Part shown: in pieces, positions 18,296 through 26,518 of the stretch
How the letters are laid out: each line of letters opens with the position of its first letter
Numbering within the stretch: the stretch's first letter is position 1
From: Mogibacterium sp.
GTDB taxonomy: Bacteria; Bacillota; Clostridia; Peptostreptococcales; Anaerovoracaceae
Assembly: GCA_017431175.1 (NCBI GenBank)
Contig: JAFRLN010000034.1
Span: 14,030 to 78,029 of the forward strand
Direction: 5' to 3'
DNA: 64,000 nucleotides
The notes under the pieces: generated by a model
The model's input: the letters and a program-made list of their open reading frames with translations, nothing else
Databases searched by the model: none
Told to the model about the DNA's origin: nothing
Translations under genes and position numbers: made by a program

Positions 18296-19306
18296 TTATT
18301 CTCTGTTGATCTGATGAGGATCCGCAGCGCCGCCTGCCGGCTGTGCGCTGTGATCAGGATCCGGACGCGCGGCTGCCTGCTTGTCCAGATTGAGCGCCTC
18401 CCGGATGATGAACTGAGGCGTCTTGTTCAGGATCAGGATCGCTTTGCCGAGATACTCTCCTACTACGCCGAGCACCATCAGTACCGCTCCGAACAGCAGT
18501 GTCATCAGGCAGAGGGTCGATGCCCAGCCCATCGGGATGATCGGGTCCGTGACTTTCTTATAGATGAGCCAGAACGTGACCAGGACTCCGAAAGTCGCAG
18601 ATGCCGCTCCTATGAAGAACGATATTCTCAGCGGCACGACCGAATAGTTCCAGTAAGAGAGCCAAAGCCTGACGAGCTTTCTGAAGGTGTAACCCGACTT
18701 GCCGGATTCCCTCTTGTGATGCTCTACCTCGACAGCGCCGAAATTATGCGTGACCTGATAGAAGATCGCGTCCAGCACAGGATTGAAGCTGCTGTACTTG
18801 ATGACCTGGTCTCTGACATCTCTTGTGATGATCCAGAAATTGGTCGCTACGATCTCCTTCGGCATATCGAGCAGGATCTTGGACGTGAGCCTGTTGAATC
18901 TGCTTGAAAGCGTCTTGAAAAATGAATTCTTGGAGTGCGGATAGGTGCCGTATACGACATCGTAGCCGCCCTGCTCTATCGTCTCGATCAGCTTGAACAC
19001 CTGGGACGGATGCGTCTGCATGTCATCGTCCATACCCATGATGTACTCGCCTGACGCGTAGTTGAGCCCTGCCATCTGCGCGTTGTGCTGACCGAACCCT
19101 CTCATGAGGTTGATGCCTATAACATTAGGATACTTGTCGCACAGAGATCTGATCACGCCAAAAGTACCGTCCGTCGATCCGTCATTGATCAGAACGAACT
19201 CGCACTCATAGCCTTCGCGCTGTTCAAACTGCTCCATGACAGCCAGCACTTCCTTGCCGATCGTATCTTCAGAATAATAGCATGGTATTACGAATGATAT
19301 CAGCAT
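18296..19306 (-). CDS. Polyprenyl-phosphate glycosyltransferase, GT2 (GtrB/ArnC/CsbB-like) with two C-terminal TM helices (cassette A)
   Basis: The track ORF begins at a TTG (19312). The ATG at 19306 with GGGAGA RBS gives MLISFVIPCYYSE..., colinear with paralogue B. Motifs NDGSTDGT, MDDDMQTHP, C-terminal TM pair and VVGEYLGK. Confidence 0.85.
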   Translation of the reverse strand: MLISFVIPCYYSEDTIGKEVLAVMEQFEQREGYECEFVLINDGSTDGTFGVIRSLCDKYPNVIGINLMRGFGQHNAQMAGLNYASGEYIMGMDDDMQTHPSQVFKLIETIEQGGYDVVYGTYPHSKNSFFKTLSSRFNRLTSKILLDMPKEIVATNFWIITRDVRDQVIKYSSFNPVLDAIFYQVTHNFGAVEVEHHKRESGKSGYTFRKLVRLWLSYWNYSVVPLRISFFIGAASATFGVLVTFWLIYKKVTDPIIPMGWASTLCLMTLLFGAVLMVLGVVGEYLGKAILILNKTPQFIIREALNLDKQAAARPDPDHSAQPAGGAADPHQINRE

Positions 19307-19343
19307 GCTCAAATCTCCCTGTTATTTCAAAATTAATCATATG

Positions 19344-19352
19344 ATTATACCA
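19344..19352 (-). promoter_or_regulatory. Extended -10 promoter element TGGTATAAT upstream of cassette A
   Basis: Read on the minus strand, 38 nt upstream of the ATG at 19306, in an AT-rich spacer. Confidence 0.4.
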
Positions 19353-19528
19353 TAATCCAACAGATAATAATACAGTGGCGCTCAACAACTATTTAACCGC
19401 ACCTTGCTTATGCATTATGGAAACGATTGGATATAAAGCTTACGCTCCCCTCGTGATAAGCTGCTGAACAACCAGTTGTCACTATGGGGAGCGCATTTTT
19501 TAAGAATTAATATTAGCTATAACGTTCT

Positions 19529-22500
19529 TTACCTGACTCTGACCGCTACCGGGCAGGAGATGTTACCGATGTAGGTGGTGTTTCCGACCTTCCTGATCTC
19601 TCTGACCTGTACGTAGTAGGTAGTGCCGCTTCTGAGCGGTGTTGCTCTGCCATTCACCTTTATGTCTTTGACGGTGATGCTGGTCGCAGACGCACCCGCC
19701 GTCTTGATGTTCTGTGCAGCGCCGGAACCATTCTTGTTGGTCGTGTAGAGCACCTGGTAGCCAGTCGCCCTGGAGTCCCTCGCCCAGCTCATGGTAAAAG
19801 TCCCCTTGCTGGTGGAAGCGAGCCTGATCTTCTGTGTGGTGTAGAAATACCTGTAGACGCTAGGCGACCATTCACCGTAAGCAGCCTCAGCTGTTGCAGT
19901 AGCCTCCTTGAACGGTCTGACCCTGATCTCGTAGAGTCCTCCGATGGTCAGCCCGGAAGTGGTGCCTCTTGAGACGTCTCCGACCTTCCTTGATGCCCAC
20001 TTTGAAGCGCCGCGCGCCCTCCAGTTGATCTCGTAGCCTGTAGCGCCGCTGACCTTGGACTTGTCCCAGATGACGTCGTTGGTCTTCTTCGCCGAGTTGG
20101 CTACCGTATTGAGGATCGTGACCCTGCCTGCCGGAGGATCCTGTACCTCAGGCTCAGTGTTTCCTCCGCCCTGAGTAGCTTCCTCAAGAGCCTTCTCTGC
20201 TTCTTCAGCCCTCTTCTCAGCTTCTTCTCTTGCCTGGTTGGCTTCAGCAACCTGTCTTTCCGCATCCTCTACGGCCTGATTGGCCTCAGCGAGCTGATCC
20301 TCCAGATCGGCCTTGGCCTGCTCCGCTTCTGCGAGTCTCGCGTTCGCTTCATCCGCCGCAGTCTGAGCCGCTTCGAGCTGTGTCCGGAGTTCTTCGGATA
20401 TCTCCTTCTCCCCGGCAAGCTGCGTTTCCAGTTCTTCCTTGGCGGCATTCGCTTCATCCGCCGCAGTCTGAGCCGCTTCGAGCTGACTCTGTGTAGTGCT
20501 CAGCTCTTCTTCAGCATCTTTTGCTCTCTGCTCCGCGGCTTCCTTCTCCGCCTCGGCAGCCTGCTTCTGCTTCTCTGCTTCTTTCAGAGCCTGCTCTGCA
20601 GCCTCCTTCTCTCTGAGCGCCTGCTCGAGCTGGGACTCTACCGTCTCTATGATCTGGAATTCAGCATTGGCAGTTCCCCTGAAGTTGCCTATGCCGCTGA
20701 CCGTGACTGTCGCTGTGCCGACCTCGGTGTTATTGGCATATGCGACCTCATAGTCCGTATCCTTCTCGAGCGTATTTCCGTTGAATGTCACATTGAGCGC
20801 CGGTTCTATCGCGCTGCCTGTCTTCGTCTGATCTGCGATCTCTCCGATGTCCGCATTTGCGATGTTGGCCTGTGTGATCGTGAACTCCTTCTCTACCGTT
20901 CCGCTGTAGTCGCCTATACCGGTCACGACAGCCTTGCCGGTACCGACATCGACATTGTTCTCGTACGCGACTGTGAAGTCCGTTCCTTCCCTGAGGCCTT
21001 CGATCACTACTGCCGGCTCGGCCGGAGTGCCTTCATATACGAAGCTCGTCCTTGAGAGCGTCACATCCTTTGTAGCAATATCCGTTACTGCCGAGGAAGC
21101 CACTGTCACCTTCACGTTTTCAAGCGTCACCGGATCGTAGTCTCTGTCCAGTGTATTCGCCGGTGCATAGCTGACCCTGATCGGGTATGTTCCTTCTTCA
21201 GCATCCGGATCGACATGCAGGATCATGCTCAGCAGATCACCGCCGGTAATGCCGTCCGTCGCGTCTCCGCTCCATACGAGTCTGTATCCGTCCTTCAGGT
21301 CTGCAGCATGGACTGCTCCCTCGCTGACAGCCTCTCCGGATGAGAAGACCGGTTCGTCATATTCGTTCCTGTCTGCGTAGAATACCGCATCATCGCATTC
21401 GATCATGAAATCGTATCCGATCAGTCCCGGGTCTTCAGTAACAGATGCTGTGATCTGGATCTCCGCATCGGACGTGACCTTCACCTCATATGTCCCGAGT
21501 TCTGTCCACTCATCGTATGTGAGATCCGCGTCAGTTGAATATGCGTCTTCCGGATCCGGCTCATTCTCATAGAAGACATAACGGATATCGCTCATATTCT
21601 TGCCTTCCGCGTAGCTGACAGCCATGATCGATGTATCTTCGTTGAACGCGATCGGTTCCGTATATACTTTTATGCTTCCTGTATATGAGTCTTTGTCTGT
21701 GTTCAGATACTCTATGATGCCTTCTTCCGTAGGTACTGTTCCGTCCGTCGTGATGAAGATCTCATCTCCGCACTCATCATCCTCTAAGTACAGCTCCACC
21801 TTACGGTCTTCTGATGTCTCGTCTTCCGCATCTCCGGCTGTAATATTTGCCGACGGCATAAGCGCCTGTTCATCATAGACGATTACCGGATATACATCGA
21901 CGTCCTTCTCGACATCCCACCAGTTGACTGCAGTGCTCCAGCTTACGAACGTTCCTTCTTCAGGTGTATATTCAGGCGGATTCGCCGCATTGTGGTATTC
22001 TATCTCCTGTGCATCCACGGCTTCGCCGTCCGTCCCCATGAACCTGACGGTGTACTTCTCGACGTCATACTCTGCCGTGATCACCATGTCGCCGCTGACC
22101 GGGATCGTCTCTCCCGCTGCCTTGACAGTTCCGTCTTCAAGCTTCCAGCCCCTGAAATGGTATCCTTCGGCGTCTTCGGTCTCGGCCGGAAGAGTGATGC
22201 TTCCCTGCGTCCTCTGGATGTCTACGGTCTCATGCTGCCAGTCGACGAATACGACAACGTTCTGCATCTGTCTGTATACGGCGTTTACAGTGCAGTTGCC
22301 CGTGATGTTCGTGGTCCTCTGATCCCAGCCGGTGAATTCATAGCCTTCCTTCTCCGGTACGTCTATACCGCTCAGATCGACATCGCTTCCTTCCTCGACC
22401 TCCTGCTGGCCAAGAAGTTTATCTTCTGTTCCGTCGTTCCACTGCAGCTTCACGAGGTACTTTTGTTTCGGAGCTTCCACTGTTCCTACCGTCACGAGTC

Positions 22501-25500
22501 CTGTCGTCCTGTCAAGCCCGAGTGTCACTATGTAGTTCCCTGATGTCTCGCTTGGATCGACCATCGGGATGAAGGAGAAGTCATAGCTGTTGCCTTCGCC
22601 TATGTCCACCTTGCCGGTATACTGCATCTGGTACTGATTCGGATCAGTGTTGTTCGCCTGGTATACCATCAGGGTGGCCTGCGTTCCGCTCAGGTCATTC
22701 TCAATATTGAGAGTGCCATCGATATGGATGGCCTTGCCGCTCAGATTCGTCGGCTCAGGCGGGTTCTCTATCTGATCGCTGTATCTGTACTCCGTCTGCT
22801 CCTCTATCTGTCTGTTGCTGTTTGCTGCTACCTCCGTTTCACTGTATTTCCAGTTGTTGTCCCAGCTTGTATATCTGTATCTTGTTTTCGTTACCTTCTG
22901 ACGGTGCAGATCGTTCTTTACATTCTGATCCCACAGATAGGTCTGTGCCCAGGACGCGCTCGTCGTAAAGGATGATTCGATCTTGCCGTTCCAGAACATC
23001 GTCCGGATGGTCCCGTCCGGTGTTGCCGTTATTGTCTTTGCGAATATCCCTGCTCCCCGGTCTGTTGTTCCAGAAGGGGTGTAGCTGCTTGTTGTGTATA
23101 CGACAAGGCTGTTGCTGTTCTTGGATTTACACTCTGTACATGTGACTGTATCTTTTTCGTTGCGCGCTACACGTTTACAGTCACAGTAATACGCGCGCCA
23201 CTTCTTGGCATTTTTATACGTGTCCTCTGTGACCGTTGTCGTATATACGTCATCTTCGGTCGTTGATGTCTCGGCGTTCTTTATGAACCAGCGGCCGTAG
23301 GTCGTGCTGACTGTCTCCGCTACGCCCTTTATTCCGTTGACCGTCGGATGCCCGCTGTACGTAACGACCTTGTCACGGTACTTGTATGTCGTTCTCGTCT
23401 CTACATGTCTGCCCGGCTTTTCCTCCGGTCTCTCAGTACTCCACTTGCTCGGTTCTGTCCAGCTTGTATTCTGGGATATCTCCTTTGTGAACAGGGCAGA
23501 ATATGTGCCGCCTGTGCTGCCGTCCGCTTTTCTCTCTACTGCTACCAGCTCGAGCTTTGTTACTGCGTTTGCTGCTGCTGAATCACTGACCGCAAGATCC
23601 AGATCATGGTCATTTGCTCCTGCGTTCAGCACCAGCCCGCTTTCTCCGGCAGGGATCTCGAAGCTCCTTCTGTCTGTGTACAGGGTCTTCTCGATCCCCG
23701 TAGCTGCGTCTGTTCCCTTGAGGGACGCTATGAGGTAGAAGCGCAGCGTCTCGTCAGCGTTCTTTTCCAGAACGACGTTCTGCGGTCTGAATACCGTTCC
23801 TTCCCCGTCGCTGCGAGTGACTTCCACAGTCTCCACGGATTCTATCTCTACCGGCAGCTCTGTGTTCTCCCATGTGACGATCGCCTTGATGTCCATATCT
23901 GAATCGACATGCTCGACATCTGCTGCGCTCTCAGGCTTGCTTGTCTTGATCACCGACCAGCCCTGCAGTTTCCTGCCCGGCGTCACATAGCCTTCCTCCT
24001 CCAGCATGTCTGTCACTGCCTGAGTGACGGCGCTTTCTCCATGCCTTACTTCTCTTGTAGTGAGCAGTTTGTCATCCGGCGCGTATATCCTTACTCTGTA
24101 TGTGTCTCCTTTGTATCTCGCCTCATAGTCGGTGTCGGTCGTTATTTTTTCACTTGTATAGTCTGTCGGCGATACTTTGCCGCTGTTTCTGTTCTCCCAT
24201 CCGCGGAACGTATATCCCGGTCTGGATGGTTCCTGCACTGCTTCAGGCGAGTCTCCGTACTTCACTTTAAGTTCTGTAAGAACCTTCTCTTCGCCCGTTT
24301 CGCCCGTTTCTATGAATCTGACCGTCAGAGGATCCACTGCTCTTACTTCCGCGCGTTCCGCTGATGTGCTCTCGCCCTGGCCGTTCTTTGCCGTTACTTC
24401 AACATAGTACAGGCCTGCCTCTGTCAGTCTGAACTTCGCCGTGTTCTCTGTCGTCTCCAGAGAATCCTGCTCCATATATCCGCCGTTATATGTCTCCTTA
24501 TACAGCATGACGGTATAGCTCTCCGCGGACTTGTCTTTGCTCCAGCTGAACGCTGCTGTCTCGCCCGTTGCTATCGTTTTGTCTGTATTGAGCAGCCTGA
24601 CTGTAGGCTCTTCCGGCTCGCCAAGATCCGCCTCCGCTTCTGCAGTTGTGCTTCTGACCGACCCGTCTCTTCTCGCGTATGCCCTGATCACTGCGCCGTT
24701 CGCTCCCTTGAAAGGCGCTTTGTACAGTACGTACTCGCCTCCGTTGACTGAGTACTTGATCGTGTCTCCGCTTGCTCCCGTGATGATGACTGTTCCGTCG
24801 GATGAGATGTTGATCTCAGGCGGAATGCACTGTTTGACTTTGATCCTCTTTTCCGCGTTCGGGCTCCGCTTCCCGTCGCCCGTTTTCGCGTACGCGACTA
24901 TTTTGTGTCCTTCTTCGGAGACGCTCGTCAGCGGGATCGTCTTGCTTGTTTCTGTATATCCCTTCCCGTTGATGTACAGTGTGCCGCCAGCGTTGTTCGT
25001 TACTACTGCGTATTTTCCTTCCTTCCCGGAGCTCTCTTTGTAGCTTCCCTCCGTGATCGTCGGCGCTGCTACTCCCGGATCGCTGACCACGACCTGCGCT
25101 GTGGCTGTCTTCTTCTGTCCTGCGGTATCCACCGCTGTGATAGAGATCGTCCACGTTCCGGCTCCTCTGTCGCCCAGGTTCAGCGCTTTGACCTGATCCT
25201 TGTCTGACGACACCGTTATGTTGCGGAAGATGAAGTTCTTGTATGGCATCGTCTTCTCGATCACTGTCGGCGTGATGACCCCGTTCTTTCTCGTATTTGG
25301 GTTCTCCGCGCGGATCGTTATGGACTTGACCGGATTGTGTGATACTACCTTTCCGGTTATATATCTCTTCGTTCCCCGCGTCACCGGCTTCCTGGCTTTT
25401 TCGTCCAGCGTCACTGTGATGTTCGATGTGCTCTTATTGCTGTCGTACTGGTTCACATACGACGCCTTCACATACCCGATGTTTCCCTTGCTGTCCTTCA

Positions 25501-26386
25501 CTTTGTACCAGGCGACGCTGCTGCGGGTGTTCCTGCCCAGTACCCGGAGCCCTTCGTCCTTGCCCAGCTCTCGGATCTTCTTCCCGTCATCGTCAGGATA
25601 CGCTTTTAGCTTGATCGTTGCGCTCGTCTCGGTTGCTGTCTTCGTTCTGTAGAACCGGCTGTTTGACGATGCCCCCAGTGTCCCCCAGTTGTCCCATTCG
25701 GTATATGGCGTGCCGCAGTTCTTGCACATACCCGTGTATACGCCTTTTTCCGTTTTGCCCGGTGTGTGTGTTGTGCAATACTTTGGATGGGCAAAGCCAT
25801 ATACATCGTAACTATCTAGTGGGTAAGATTTACATCTTACTGAATTGCTAGAGTTCCCCTCAATCGTGTAAACTTTTCCAGCTTTTGTATATAGAACAAT
25901 CCCTATATGATCTGACAGTCCGTTTCTCCCATTGTATGCCCAATCAAAAAAAATTAAATCTCCCTCAACTGGTGTGTAACTACCTCCATATGCCTTTCCA
26001 TAATAGAATCTCTTTTGTTTTCTATATGAATCTGTTTCTGCGCATACAATATTTTTAATTACAGACTCTGGTATTCTCGCTTCTCTTGCACAATTTGATA
26101 CAAACCAGGCACACCATTCTCCGTTATAGCCATCATTCCATATCGTGTATCCATTAGCCCTCATGGCACTTTTGACACTTGATAAGGTACTAATGCCTAA
26201 ATATTTTTTAGCTTGGACAACTAACAGATGTCCTGGGCCACTCTCTTGTGCGGCGTAGACCCGTCCTGTTTCTAATTCTATGGTTTCGGATTCTATGGTT
26301 TCGGAAAAAAAAGGATAAACTGCTACCAACAAATAAATAATAAGAAGGATATTTGCTGCCCTTTTCAGAATTCTTTTCGCTCTCAT
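19529..26386 (-). CDS. Giant (2285-aa) N-terminally anchored surface protein: CHAP amidase/peptidase, SH3b, many Ig/FN3-like and Listeria-Bacteroides-type repeats, coiled coil, two C-terminal FN3-like domains
   Basis: The track ORF runs to 26398. The ATG at 26386 has GGAG at 6-nt spacing (MRAKRILKRAANILLIIYLLVAVYPFF signal-anchor). CHAP: EWCAWFVSN...SDHIGIVLY...TIEGN. SH3b: KLKAYPDDDGKKIRELGKDEGLRVLGRN...WYKVKDSKGNIGYVKASYV. Repeats with GYTFRGW, GYEFTGW and GYHFRGW. Ala/Glu/Gln coiled coil encoded around 20150-20650. I found no LPXTG, SLH or choline-binding motif. Confidence 0.85.
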   Translation of the reverse strand: MRAKRILKRAANILLIIYLLVAVYPFFSETIESETIELETGRVYAAQESGPGHLLVVQAKKYLGISTLSSVKSAMRANGYTIWNDGYNGEWCAWFVSNCAREARIPESVIKNIVCAETDSYRKQKRFYYGKAYGGSYTPVEGDLIFFDWAYNGRNGLSDHIGIVLYTKAGKVYTIEGNSSNSVRCKSYPLDSYDVYGFAHPKYCTTHTPGKTEKGVYTGMCKNCGTPYTEWDNWGTLGASSNSRFYRTKTATETSATIKLKAYPDDDGKKIRELGKDEGLRVLGRNTRSSVAWYKVKDSKGNIGYVKASYVNQYDSNKSTSNITVTLDEKARKPVTRGTKRYITGKVVSHNPVKSITIRAENPNTRKNGVITPTVIEKTMPYKNFIFRNITVSSDKDQVKALNLGDRGAGTWTISITAVDTAGQKKTATAQVVVSDPGVAAPTITEGSYKESSGKEGKYAVVTNNAGGTLYINGKGYTETSKTIPLTSVSEEGHKIVAYAKTGDGKRSPNAEKRIKVKQCIPPEINISSDGTVIITGASGDTIKYSVNGGEYVLYKAPFKGANGAVIRAYARRDGSVRSTTAEAEADLGEPEEPTVRLLNTDKTIATGETAAFSWSKDKSAESYTVMLYKETYNGGYMEQDSLETTENTAKFRLTEAGLYYVEVTAKNGQGESTSAERAEVRAVDPLTVRFIETGETGEEKVLTELKVKYGDSPEAVQEPSRPGYTFRGWENRNSGKVSPTDYTSEKITTDTDYEARYKGDTYRVRIYAPDDKLLTTREVRHGESAVTQAVTDMLEEEGYVTPGRKLQGWSVIKTSKPESAADVEHVDSDMDIKAIVTWENTELPVEIESVETVEVTRSDGEGTVFRPQNVVLEKNADETLRFYLIASLKGTDAATGIEKTLYTDRRSFEIPAGESGLVLNAGANDHDLDLAVSDSAAANAVTKLELVAVERKADGSTGGTYSALFTKEISQNTSWTEPSKWSTERPEEKPGRHVETRTTYKYRDKVVTYSGHPTVNGIKGVAETVSTTYGRWFIKNAETSTTEDDVYTTTVTEDTYKNAKKWRAYYCDCKRVARNEKDTVTCTECKSKNSNSLVVYTTSSYTPSGTTDRGAGIFAKTITATPDGTIRTMFWNGKIESSFTTSASWAQTYLWDQNVKNDLHRQKVTKTRYRYTSWDNNWKYSETEVAANSNRQIEEQTEYRYSDQIENPPEPTNLSGKAIHIDGTLNIENDLSGTQATLMVYQANNTDPNQYQMQYTGKVDIGEGNSYDFSFIPMVDPSETSGNYIVTLGLDRTTGLVTVGTVEAPKQKYLVKLQWNDGTEDKLLGQQEVEEGSDVDLSGIDVPEKEGYEFTGWDQRTTNITGNCTVNAVYRQMQNVVVFVDWQHETVDIQRTQGSITLPAETEDAEGYHFRGWKLEDGTVKAAGETIPVSGDMVITAEYDVEKYTVRFMGTDGEAVDAQEIEYHNAANPPEYTPEEGTFVSWSTAVNWWDVEKDVDVYPVIVYDEQALMPSANITAGDAEDETSEDRKVELYLEDDECGDEIFITTDGTVPTEEGIIEYLNTDKDSYTGSIKVYTEPIAFNEDTSIMAVSYAEGKNMSDIRYVFYENEPDPEDAYSTDADLTYDEWTELGTYEVKVTSDAEIQITASVTEDPGLIGYDFMIECDDAVFYADRNEYDEPVFSSGEAVSEGAVHAADLKDGYRLVWSGDATDGITGGDLLSMILHVDPDAEEGTYPIRVSYAPANTLDRDYDPVTLENVKVTVASSAVTDIATKDVTLSRTSFVYEGTPAEPAVVIEGLREGTDFTVAYENNVDVGTGKAVVTGIGDYSGTVEKEFTITQANIANADIGEIADQTKTGSAIEPALNVTFNGNTLEKDTDYEVAYANNTEVGTATVTVSGIGNFRGTANAEFQIIETVESQLEQALREKEAAEQALKEAEKQKQAAEAEKEAAEQRAKDAEEELSTTQSQLEAAQTAADEANAAKEELETQLAGEKEISEELRTQLEAAQTAADEANARLAEAEQAKADLEDQLAEANQAVEDAERQVAEANQAREEAEKRAEEAEKALEEATQGGGNTEPEVQDPPAGRVTILNTVANSAKKTNDVIWDKSKVSGATGYEINWRARGASKWASRKVGDVSRGTTSGLTIGGLYEIRVRPFKEATATAEAAYGEWSPSVYRYFYTTQKIRLASTSKGTFTMSWARDSRATGYQVLYTTNKNGSGAAQNIKTAGASATSITVKDIKVNGRATPLRSGTTYYVQVREIRKVGNTTYIGNISCPVAVRVR
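20343..20485 (-). repeat. Two identical 38-bp direct repeats, 105 bp apart, in frame inside the coiled-coil region
   Basis: TTCGCTTCATCCGCCGCAGTCTGAGCCGCTTCGAGCTG occurs at 20343-20380 and 20448-20485. Each copy encodes QLEAAQTAADEAN. Confidence 0.9.
26276..26305 (-). repeat. Perfect 15-bp tandem duplication (2 units) encoding SETIE-SETIE just after the signal-anchor
   Basis: TTCTATGGTTTCGGA occurs at 26276-26290 and 26291-26305, immediately followed by an A8 run (26305-26312). Confidence 0.9.
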
Positions 26387-26466
26387 AGTCTGCTCCATTT
26401 AAAAAGCGTAAATTACTTTGGCACTTTTAAGCGCTTGTAGCTATCTTGTATATCAGAAATTAAACC

Positions 26467-26496
26467 TTGCTAACATGCTCCCGCTCATACTACAAT
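26467..26496 (+). promoter_or_regulatory. Promoter candidate TTGCTA-18 bp-TACAAT for the GT2 gene at 26519
   Basis: Hexamers read at 26467-26472 and 26491-26496. GAGGTG RBS precedes the ATG. Confidence 0.4.
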
Positions 26497-26518
26497 TAGG
26501 TAATTGTGAGGTGAAGCA

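Noticed and set aside
21100-21600. Cohesin/dockerin-type module in the giant protein (segment ...EIQITASVTEDPGLIGYDFMIECDDAVFYADRNEYDEP...VSYAPANTLD...)
   Set aside because: The resemblance to type-I cohesin beta-sandwiches is only an impression. I could not identify a diagnostic motif or any dockerin Ca-binding repeats, so the segment is left as a generic Ig-like repeat.
25946-25953. Second T8 (coding strand) homopolymer in the CHAP module as a phase-variation site
   Set aside because: It encodes Phe-Phe (DLIFFDW) in an AT-rich segment where such runs are expected by codon usage. There is no adjacent repeat, and no evidence beyond the tract itself.
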